This document shows, one piece after another, positions 35,714 to 43,810 of a stretch of DNA of 64,000 nt. Under the pieces are notes generated by a model, which made no database searches, was not told the origin of the DNA, and worked only from the letters and a program-made list of their open reading frames with translations. The DNA comes from Bacteroidales bacterium (GTDB lineage: Bacteria > Bacteroidota > Bacteroidia > Bacteroidales > UBA3824). Location: positions 1,524 to 65,523 of the forward strand of contig JAGCRY010000126.1 in the NCBI GenBank assembly GCA_017964465.1. Direction: 5' to 3'. Numbering within the stretch: the stretch's first letter is position 1; each line of letters opens with the position of its first letter. A program made the position numbers and the translations under genes.

Positions 35714-36784
35714 TTACGCTTCTTTGGTGATGTACTTAGCGCAAGCCCAGCCTTCAACGACAGCCTTGATGCGGAACATGTTTTCCTGCTGTTCGATGAT
35801 GTTGAACTTTGTGCCGGCTTTGAGGTCACTGACAAGGCGGCGCGATTTTTTGCAGTCGCTGTAGAGCATTGCATTGTCAGTCTTGAGTTCGCCGTCGTAC
35901 TCACTGTCGGTGTTGTCCTGCTCGATGAACTCTTTGTCAATCCAGCCAGTGATTTCGTGGAGGATGTTGTACCATTCCTTGGTGGAATCCTGACCGATGA
36001 TGTAGATGTACGTGCCAGCCGCCATCGGACTTGACTTGAGAGGAGCGGTTGATGAAGGACCTTGGCGGAAGTTGAGTTTTACAGACGCCTTTCCAACAAC
36101 GAGCGACGATGCAGCTGACTTGCTGATGGCGTTTTTGAACATGTCGCTGATGCTGAGTGTGGAGCTTTGAGCGAAAATTTCGTCCCTCAATGCGTCAAGC
36201 GGGAAAGCTGGACCCGGGTCACACTTGCGGCCTGGGGCGATTTCCTCGTGGCCAAGGATTTCCTTGATTTCAAATGTTTTGCAGATTGTTCTGCAAAGTT
36301 CTTTTACAGCGGCGATTTGCTCGTCGGTGTATTTGTACCAATATGTCATCGTCGTGACGGCATTGCGGTGCTTGCCGGTGAACACTTTGCTTTCGGGCGT
36401 TGCGGTCTTGTTGTCCTTCTTTGCCTCCCACCATGTGTAATATTTTCCACCGATTTTCTGGAGGTAGCCCGGGTTGCTGATTTCGATGCCGATGGAGAAG
36501 CTGTTGTATCCCGACCTTCCGCCATAGCTCGAAGTGCCGGCGTGGTAAGCCCTCCTGTTGAGGTCCACCATCTGGGTTATTGAGCCGTCTTCGCTCACAA
36601 CGAAGTGCGCGGAAGTGGTTGCGGACGATGCCTTGAAAAGGTTTACAGTCGCCGCGCCGCTTGCACCGGCTGTGTAGTGTATGATAATTGCATCGGGCTT
36701 GATGATGCTTTTCTTGTCGTAGGCGTGAGCCTCAACGAAGGGCTTTACGTTGTCGCCCGATAGTCTGTTGTTTTTGATTTCCAT
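35714..36784 (-). CDS. N-acetylmuramoyl-L-alanine amidase (Amidase_2/PGRP fold) with C-terminal SH3-like domains
   Basis: IIIHYTAG...SAHFVVSEDG...RAYHAG...NSFSIGIEI...HEEIAPGRKCDPGP. Two C-terminal blocks resemble bacterial SH3 domains. No N-terminal signal peptide is visible. Confidence 0.7.
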   Translation of the reverse strand: MEIKNNRLSGDNVKPFVEAHAYDKKSIIKPDAIIIHYTAGASGAATVNLFKASSATTSAHFVVSEDGSITQMVDLNRRAYHAGTSSYGGRSGYNSFSIGIEISNPGYLQKIGGKYYTWWEAKKDNKTATPESKVFTGKHRNAVTTMTYWYKYTDEQIAAVKELCRTICKTFEIKEILGHEEIAPGRKCDPGPAFPLDALRDEIFAQSSTLSISDMFKNAISKSAASSLVVGKASVKLNFRQGPSSTAPLKSSPMAAGTYIYIIGQDSTKEWYNILHEITGWIDKEFIEQDNTDSEYDGELKTDNAMLYSDCKKSRRLVSDLKAGTKFNIIEQQENMFRIKAVVEGWACAKYITKEA

Positions 36785-36865
36785 GATATAGTTTTTGGTG
36801 TTGTTTTAATCAGCGCAATTTACTGAAAATTTTGATTATACGCAAATTTTTTTTCACTTTTTTTT

Positions 36866-38179
36866 TCAAATCGTGTAAAACGTCTTGAAAATGTTCTTGA
36901 TATTGAAGTGGTCGTAAACGCCGCAAATCTCTCTGATAGAGTGCATTGCGAGGATTGGCGAGCCTACATCGACGCATTTGAAGTCTGTCTGAGAGGTAGC
37001 GATGCTGCCGAGGGTTGAGCCGCCCGGAATGTCGCTGCGGTTCGTAAAACGTTGGATGGGCGAGCCTGCAATTTCGGCGAGTTGCGCGAACACTGCCGCG
37101 CTTTCGGCGTCGGTGCAGTACCGCTGGTCTGCGTTGTATTTGATTGCAGGGCCTTTGTTGATTATCGGGTGGTTTGTCGGGCAGCTGGATTCTGTGTAGT
37201 TCGGATGGAGACCGTGCGCGGGGTCGGCGGAAATCATGAACGAGTTGTAGATGGCTCGTATGTAGTCTTCATGGTCGCCGCCAAGGTTATACACAAGTCT
37301 TTCGAGGATGTTTCTGAGGAACGGGGATGCTGCGCCTTGACGTGTGCGGCTGCCTACTTCCTCGTTGTCGAAACATACCATTATCTGTGTAGCGTTGATG
37401 TTTGGGCTTGTGAACAGGGCTTCCATTCCGGCGTGAATCATGGAGAGGTTGTCGAGCCTTCCACTTGATATGAATTCGTTGTTCGCTCCTATCAGGCATC
37501 CTTTTTCAGTGTCGTACAGCGAGAGGTCGAAGTCGATGATGGCGTCGGGCGATACATTGAGTTCGCGTGCTATGAGTTCGATGAGGTAGTTCTGGTTCTC
37601 GAGTGGCGATTTGATGCAGGCGAGTAGGGGAGTGAGGTCTTTTTGTGGGTTGATTGGCACTCCGTCGTTGACCTTGCGGTTGAAATGGATGGCGAGGTTT
37701 GGAATCTGCAGGAGCGGGCGTTTGATGTTCAGCTGCCTTACTTCCGGTTTGAACGGGTTTTTGGATTTGAGGACTACGCGCCCTGCAATGCTGAGCGGGC
37801 GGTCAAACCATGTGCTGTATATTGCGCCGCCGTAGATTTCGATGTTGAGTTTTATGTAGGAATTTGCGACGACGATTTCTGGCGATGGCTTTATTTTTAT
37901 TGTCGGGGAGTCCGTGTGGGCTGCAATGATGCGGAACCCGTCTTTTTCGGGCTGCCCCATTCCGACTGTGAAAGTCGCGAGGGTTGTGTCGTTTTGGGAC
38001 ACGAAGTATTTGCCTTCCTTTTCTATCTGCCAGGGGTCTGTGAGCGGCAGTTCTTTGTAGCCTTTGCGCAGGAGCGCGGCTTTTATGTTCCTTACAACAT
38101 GGAAAGTGCTGGGGCTGAATGATATGAAGTCAATCAGGTCGTTTGCAAATTCCTGCGGTTCGTCAAGTTTTTTGTTCAT
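36866..38179 (-). CDS. M18-family aminopeptidase
   Basis: STFHVV, AAHTDSPTIKIKP, FDNEEVGS, HSIRE. Confidence 0.85.
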   Translation of the reverse strand: MNKKLDEPQEFANDLIDFISFSPSTFHVVRNIKAALLRKGYKELPLTDPWQIEKEGKYFVSQNDTTLATFTVGMGQPEKDGFRIIAAHTDSPTIKIKPSPEIVVANSYIKLNIEIYGGAIYSTWFDRPLSIAGRVVLKSKNPFKPEVRQLNIKRPLLQIPNLAIHFNRKVNDGVPINPQKDLTPLLACIKSPLENQNYLIELIARELNVSPDAIIDFDLSLYDTEKGCLIGANNEFISSGRLDNLSMIHAGMEALFTSPNINATQIMVCFDNEEVGSRTRQGAASPFLRNILERLVYNLGGDHEDYIRAIYNSFMISADPAHGLHPNYTESSCPTNHPIINKGPAIKYNADQRYCTDAESAAVFAQLAEIAGSPIQRFTNRSDIPGGSTLGSIATSQTDFKCVDVGSPILAMHSIREICGVYDHFNIKNIFKTFYTI

Positions 38180-38212
38180 GGTTGGTGAATTTTTGTTTTC
38201 AGGTCGGCTCCG

Positions 38213-41200
38213 CTAACACTTGAATCCGATGATGATTATGTCGTCGGTTTGTTCGGTGTTGCCGTCCTTTATCCATTTTTCGATTGTGTCGTTCAGTATT
38301 TCGCGCTGTTTAGCCGGCGGTTCGTTATGAATCTGCATGAACAGAGCGCGGAGGTTCTTGATGAGGAACTTCGTGTTGTTTTCGCCGCCGAACTGGTCTT
38401 TGTAGCCGTCGGAGAACATGTAGAACCATGTGTTGCCGTCGGGCTGGATTGCGACTTTTTTGTACTGGAAATCCGCGCCGTAGAGCTGCTGTCCGCCGAT
38501 GCTCTGTTTGTCGGCTTTGTATTCGGTGAGTTCGTCGTTTTGGATGACTACGAGCTGGTTTTTCGCGCCGGAATATTCAACGAGGTGCGTTTTCTTGTCG
38601 ATTGTGCAGAGCGCCATGTCCATTCCGTCCTGGTTTGCGGTTGTGTCCTGTTTGAGGGCTTTGCGGATTCGGCGGTTTTGGTTTGTGAGGATTTCTTCGG
38701 GGGATGTAATGCCTTCCACGACTATTTCCGTCAGTATCTGAGAGCCAATCATGCTCATGAATGCGCCCGGCACGCCGTGACCTGTACAGTCTGCGGCGGT
38801 GATGATGATGCTTTTTTCGGTTTCGGCGAACCAATAGTAGTCGCCGCTGACGATGTCCTTGGGGCGGAATAGTATGAAATGTTCGGGGAGTGCGGACTGG
38901 ATTTTTTCTTCCATCGGCAGCATGGCGGTCTGTATGCGCTGTGCATACCTGATGGAGTCGGTGATTTCCTTGTTTTTGGCAGTGATTTCCTCGTTTTTCT
39001 CCATGATGAGCTGGCTCTGTTTGCGTATTTCAGCTGTGCGTTCCTCCACGATTTTTTCGAGTTTCTCCTTGTCGCGTATGAGCTTTTTTGTGTAAGCCTT
39101 CACGAACAACCAGATGGCGAGGGCGAACAATGCAATGTAGAGCAATATGGCAAGTTTGGTGAGGTACCATGGGGCGAGGATTTCAAATGTTATTGTTGCC
39201 TCTTTACTCTCGACATTGTAAGCATTGATTGCGATTACGTGCAAGGTGTATTTGCCGGGGCTGAGGCTGGGGTACTCCTTGTAGTTTTCACTGCGGAAGT
39301 CAGACCAATTAACGTCGTTGTTTTCGAGGTAAGACTTAAATTTGATAGCTTCCGGATATTCGTATGTTGTGGCTGCAAACTTAATCCTGATGCTTCTCTC
39401 TGAAAATGGCAGTACAATTTTTTTGTTGGTTTCGTTGCCACCATAAATCAGAGAGTCGTTATGGATGAGTTCGATTTTCCTGATGAGAGCATTATATGGT
39501 GCTTCGACATTCTTTTCGATTCGGTCGTCGTAATGGACAAAACCTTCCTTGTCACCAATGATGTAGCATCCTTCGCCGATGTATCCAAACGAGTTTATGC
39601 GGCTCATGTATGGACGGAAAATGTTGCGTGTGATTTTTGCCGACGTGTCGCCCATAGGCGTTATACGCTCAAGAAACCAATAGTTTATGTTTTCGTCGTG
39701 CTTGTCGGTGACCACGTGTTTTACCCACAGGTTGCCGATGTTGTCGTTGTACATCATGTCGTAAACATTTTTTCCGCCGAGCGCAGTGTTGTGTTCCTCG
39801 TCTTGCACGTACTTATCGGAATCTCTATCGTATTTGTATAGTCCGTCCACCGTTCCCGCGATAAGTCCGTTGCCGGTGTTGAAGATGTAGTTGCCGAAGT
39901 TGGAAGGCAGGCCACCTTCGTCAGCGTCGTATTTTTTGCTGGCAACGATGGAATCGAATGTCTCGTTGAACTTGACCCTGAAAATGCCCTTATTGTTGTC
40001 GGAGATTACAAACCATCCGTCCGCGTCCTGCTGGATGTGGCGGACGTATTCGTTGAATCCTTTTGCACCGGTCTTATATGCCCATTTGCCGTTCTTTTTT
40101 TCGTAGATTGCAAAACCGGCGTTGGAGCCGCCGATGAGGATGTCCGGTTTTTCGCGAGGTACGATGAAATTTCGGATGTTTCGTGTCTTCTCCTTGTCGA
40201 TGTTGGTGAGTACGTTGTTGGTGTCGATGTACAACAAGCCTTTCTGTGCGCCGCCAATCACAGAGCCTTGCACTGTGTCGAGTTTCCAAATAGCGTACCG
40301 CTCGTTTGTGTTCTTTACTTCCTTGAAAAATTGTTTGTGGATAGAATCCTTTTTGATATGGAATACGGCATCTGCGCCGATATAAAGCTCGTCGCGGGTT
40401 TGCAGGATTGACCTGACAGAGCCGACAATGCCCGTCTCGTCGTTTGAATACCATGTGAAGGGCGAGAATACGTCAAGCAGGACGATGCCATTGTTGGAGG
40501 TCGTGATCCAAACAAGATGGTTGTCGTCCTCGAATATGGAGTAGATCTGGCCGTTGATGTCGTCGGTCCTTATAACATTGAAATCAAGGTCGGTGACCAC
40601 AAGACCGTGCCATGATGTTCCTAAGAGGTAATACTTGCCGTCGTGGGTCTTGGCAAAGCACGAAACGTCCGCGATGATGTTTTTTGGCAATGAAACATTT
40701 GGCTGGTAGAGAGAGTCGCCTTCGTAATAATAGATTCCTCTTTCTTTGTTGAGGATTACAATCCTTCCCTTCGACTTGTCCACAAGACGGATGGAAGTTG
40801 TGCCGGCATGGAAAAGGTAGTCAATTTTGGTCAGCTTTCCATCTTTAATTTCGTTGATGCCTTCTTCGCTGTCGATGACATATAATTTTCCGTCGACATT
40901 ATATGCAAAACAGAATCCACGGTTGTCTATTGCCGGAATGACGGTCATTGTGTTGTCCTTGAGGATGTATATGCCGGTCTGCGCCACAAACACAACGCCT
41001 TCATCGGGATCAATCATGATGTTCTGCACGAATGAAATACTGGAGTTTTCTTCCGGAATCATGTCCGCTAAGCTTCTGTATACGTATGCGCCCGCATCAT
41101 TTGTTTCGAGCAGGCCGATGTCGCCCCTCGAACCTACGTAAACCGTATTTGAAGCGGTGTCGATGGCAAGTGCCCTGACCGCATTTGTGGCGGTCTTTAT

Positions 41201-41425
41201 TAGGTTCCAGTTTGAACCGTCAAACATAAGGACACCGGCTTCGTTGGCAAAGAACATGATGCCGCGATTGTCTTTTACAGCACATAAAACCTGGTTTGAT
41301 GGAGTCTTGTAATCGTCTTTTGTGTAGGTGTGCATATACAATTCTCCACCGCGCTTTATTTGCGCCTCTGCCCACATCGGCAGCGTTAATATGATGATTG
41401 TCAGTAATATAACTATTCGTTTCAT
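38213..41425 (-). CDS. Periplasmic beta-propeller/Y_Y_Y sensor with TM and PP2C-type (SpoIIE) phosphatase domains (paralog of 12808-16719, no GAF)
   Basis: Signal peptide MKRIVILLTIIILTLPMWAEAQ, then propeller repeats, a Y_Y_Y block (FKSYLENNDVNWSDF...YTLHVIAIN), TM helix LAILLYIALFALAIWLF and a coiled coil. SpoIIE motifs: VSGDYYWF, DCTGHGVPGAFMS, DGMDMALC, FSDGYKDQ. Confidence 0.8.
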   Translation of the reverse strand: MKRIVILLTIIILTLPMWAEAQIKRGGELYMHTYTKDDYKTPSNQVLCAVKDNRGIMFFANEAGVLMFDGSNWNLIKTATNAVRALAIDTASNTVYVGSRGDIGLLETNDAGAYVYRSLADMIPEENSSISFVQNIMIDPDEGVVFVAQTGIYILKDNTMTVIPAIDNRGFCFAYNVDGKLYVIDSEEGINEIKDGKLTKIDYLFHAGTTSIRLVDKSKGRIVILNKERGIYYYEGDSLYQPNVSLPKNIIADVSCFAKTHDGKYYLLGTSWHGLVVTDLDFNVIRTDDINGQIYSIFEDDNHLVWITTSNNGIVLLDVFSPFTWYSNDETGIVGSVRSILQTRDELYIGADAVFHIKKDSIHKQFFKEVKNTNERYAIWKLDTVQGSVIGGAQKGLLYIDTNNVLTNIDKEKTRNIRNFIVPREKPDILIGGSNAGFAIYEKKNGKWAYKTGAKGFNEYVRHIQQDADGWFVISDNNKGIFRVKFNETFDSIVASKKYDADEGGLPSNFGNYIFNTGNGLIAGTVDGLYKYDRDSDKYVQDEEHNTALGGKNVYDMMYNDNIGNLWVKHVVTDKHDENINYWFLERITPMGDTSAKITRNIFRPYMSRINSFGYIGEGCYIIGDKEGFVHYDDRIEKNVEAPYNALIRKIELIHNDSLIYGGNETNKKIVLPFSERSIRIKFAATTYEYPEAIKFKSYLENNDVNWSDFRSENYKEYPSLSPGKYTLHVIAINAYNVESKEATITFEILAPWYLTKLAILLYIALFALAIWLFVKAYTKKLIRDKEKLEKIVEERTAEIRKQSQLIMEKNEEITAKNKEITDSIRYAQRIQTAMLPMEEKIQSALPEHFILFRPKDIVSGDYYWFAETEKSIIITAADCTGHGVPGAFMSMIGSQILTEIVVEGITSPEEILTNQNRRIRKALKQDTTANQDGMDMALCTIDKKTHLVEYSGAKNQLVVIQNDELTEYKADKQSIGGQQLYGADFQYKKVAIQPDGNTWFYMFSDGYKDQFGGENNTKFLIKNLRALFMQIHNEPPAKQREILNDTIEKWIKDGNTEQTDDIIIIGFKC

Positions 41426-41513
41426 GCCTTGATTTATGTTTGTTTCAGTCTGTAAAGATAAAAAAAATATTGCAAATAATGCTCCAAATGTGAAAAAAAA
41501 TGTTTTTTGGCGT

Positions 41514-41547
41514 AAAAAAAGCCCGTAGAAGTGGTTCTACGGGCTTT
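41514..41547 (-). terminator. Intrinsic terminator of the 43811/41615 gene pair
   Basis: In minus sense: aaagcccgtagaaccacttctacgggcttttttt (9-bp stem plus U-run). Confidence 0.7.
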
Positions 41548-41614
41548 GGTATGGGGTGCGGGCGGGTCGCACGCTTTACATGTGTTTTCGCAGGCGAGCC
41601 GCCTGCACTCCATT

Positions 41615-43795
41615 TTAGTTCTTGTAGAGGAGCTTGCCGTTGGCGGACAGGAGGATGTACGCCGGTTTTTCGGATGCGGAGATTGGGGAGTTGAGGTTGT
41701 CATACGCGCCGGTTACGTTGATGGTTTCGGCGTTGATTCTGAATGCTTTTATTGCCCTCACTTCGTCCTTGGACTCGCAGATGCTGGCTGTGAGTTGTGA
41801 GCCGTTTGCGTTGAGTGCCGCAATGTCGGATCTTGATGTGTAGGTTTTTCCGCCGACGTTGAGTTCGGTGTAGTTGCAGATTATCATGTAGCCCGATGAA
41901 GACTTCACAACGTCCGCAATTTTGCCTTTGAGTTTGAAGTAGGGGCTGAATGAAGGCTCTTTCTGACCGATGGCGATTGTCTCGAGAACTGCATCGTCGT
42001 TAGACTGTGAGTCGAGGTTGCCTTGTTTGCCTTTTGAGGCTACAGCGACGGTCTCGCTGATGTCGTCGTATGCAAAGCATGTCGGGAACAGGGTCGATGA
42101 GAGGTCTGTCTTTGAGAGTTGTTTGCCTTCGTTGTCCATTTTGATGACTGCGCTCTTGATTGTGCCGGCGTTGTCGTTTGAGACGAGTGCGAGGAATCCG
42201 CCTGTCCTTATCGGGATGATTTGGATGATGGTGTTGAATCCTGTGGGCAGGAATGTGACGTCTTTTGTCCAAACGGGTTCGTTGTCAGTGGAGATTTTGG
42301 AGATGAAGGCGATGGAATTGTTGTCGCCGGTTTTTCGGAAACCAGCCACATACCTTACTCCAGAGGCGTTTTTGCAGGTGTAGGTCGTTGTGTAGTCGCC
42401 AGTTACAGCTTCGGAGAATGAGGTTTGTGCGGGCTGGGCGTTTATGGATTTTCCGTTGTTTTCATAAGCCGTGTTTTCAGGTGCGAACTGCTCGACCGTG
42501 AAAGTCCTGAAGTGTTCGAGGTTCTTGGCGTTTATGGCGTCGAGTTCCTTTTCCTGTTCGGATTTGAATGAAGACCTGAATTTGTCCTTGCCGCCGTAGA
42601 GAGTGCTGAGCGACTGCTCGTGGAGCGTGAGATTTTTGTCGTTAATGCGCGAATCCATCGTGCGGAGGGTGTTGCGGCAGTTCTTGTCCATGAGATAGAG
42701 GTCGTAGTAGTATGCAGCCTTCTGGTTGTAGTCGCTGAGGAATGACTCTGGGTTTTGGATGTTGTTCGTGGAGCGGAGCGATGCAATCTGGAGGTTTGCT
42801 TTTGCGGCTTCATACCTCAGGCTTGATGACAGGAGCGATTCGTAGTCGTATTTTTCAGTGAGGTTCACGAGTTTGTTTGACGGCACGACGGTCTGAATGC
42901 TGTCTGTCTCGGCGTTTTGCTGTTGAAGGGATGCAACACGTGCGCGGAGAGCCTTGATGTCGTTTGCGGAGTTGTTTTTGATTTCACTGATGTTGCCGTC
43001 GAGCAGTTTTGTGGCTTCCTTGACCCATCCCTGGTAGTCCCACACGGGGATTTTGGGTTGGATGAAGTTGCTGGACGTGAGGCCTTCGAGCCTGTATGTG
43101 TCGATTGGCTTTATGTCGAGCTGCTGGTTGTACTGCTTGATGGGGTAGTTTGAGAGTTCGTTCTTGAACACGCTGAAACAAATCATCACGCTGTCGTAGT
43201 CGCGGGAGAGTTTTTTGAGCTCGTCGCGGAGTTGGTTAGAGTTTGTCACGAGGAGGTTCTTGTAGTTGCTCTGGTGGCCTACAATCAGTTTGAAGGTCTC
43301 GGTGCAGGTGTTGTATTTGTCGATTGCCTTGTTGAAGTTTTCAATGATGACAGTTACATGTTCGTCGTATTCCTTCACCTTGTCCATGATGTCGTTGAGT
43401 TTCTGGAGGACAGCCTCTTGCGTCACGGTCTTTGCGTCGCCTACTCCGAGGTTTGAATAGTAGGTGCTGTTTTTCTTGACTTCCTTTTCGTCAGCCTGGA
43501 TTTTGCTGATTGCAAGTCCGAGATAGAGTTTGCAGTTGTAGATCAGCTGGCGGACGTAGGTGTAGTTGAGGAATGGGTCTTCCTCTTGGAGCCAAGCCCA
43601 CTGTATGAGCGCGGTCTGGACGTATGTGTTCGGAAATTCGGGCGTGGCAGCCTGGAACTCGTTGAGTTTGAGGAGAGTGTGCTCAGTTGGTTCTTTTCCG
43701 AGTTTGTCGAAGATGTCCTTATATTTGAGTTTGCGCTGTCCGAAGGCGGAAGTGCAAATCATTACTGCCGATAGAAGTATGATGAATTTTTTCAT
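41615..43795 (-). CDS. Hypothetical secreted protein (726 aa)
   Basis: Signal peptide MKKFIILLSAVMICTSAFGQ. The N-terminal half looks helical and the C-terminal half beta-rich. It starts 15 nt downstream of the OmpA-family gene. No family recognised. Confidence 0.55.
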   Translation of the reverse strand: MKKFIILLSAVMICTSAFGQRKLKYKDIFDKLGKEPTEHTLLKLNEFQAATPEFPNTYVQTALIQWAWLQEEDPFLNYTYVRQLIYNCKLYLGLAISKIQADEKEVKKNSTYYSNLGVGDAKTVTQEAVLQKLNDIMDKVKEYDEHVTVIIENFNKAIDKYNTCTETFKLIVGHQSNYKNLLVTNSNQLRDELKKLSRDYDSVMICFSVFKNELSNYPIKQYNQQLDIKPIDTYRLEGLTSSNFIQPKIPVWDYQGWVKEATKLLDGNISEIKNNSANDIKALRARVASLQQQNAETDSIQTVVPSNKLVNLTEKYDYESLLSSSLRYEAAKANLQIASLRSTNNIQNPESFLSDYNQKAAYYYDLYLMDKNCRNTLRTMDSRINDKNLTLHEQSLSTLYGGKDKFRSSFKSEQEKELDAINAKNLEHFRTFTVEQFAPENTAYENNGKSINAQPAQTSFSEAVTGDYTTTYTCKNASGVRYVAGFRKTGDNNSIAFISKISTDNEPVWTKDVTFLPTGFNTIIQIIPIRTGGFLALVSNDNAGTIKSAVIKMDNEGKQLSKTDLSSTLFPTCFAYDDISETVAVASKGKQGNLDSQSNDDAVLETIAIGQKEPSFSPYFKLKGKIADVVKSSSGYMIICNYTELNVGGKTYTSRSDIAALNANGSQLTASICESKDEVRAIKAFRINAETINVTGAYDNLNSPISASEKPAYILLSANGKLLYKN

Positions 43796-43810
43796 GTTCG
43801 TGAGGTTTTA

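Noticed and set aside
35714-36784. The amidase-SH3 gene as a marker of a prophage.
   Set aside because: No capsid, tail, terminase, holin or integrase genes flank it; the neighbours are folate and peptidase housekeeping genes. I kept it only as a low-interest note.
41434-41800. Track ORFs 41434..41703 (-), 41500..41694 (+) and 41531..41800 (+) in the GC-rich hairpin region.
   Set aside because: They are created by the GC-rich hairpins and terminator, and they overlap the 3' end of a well-supported gene. Their Arg/Pro/Cys-rich translations look non-genic.
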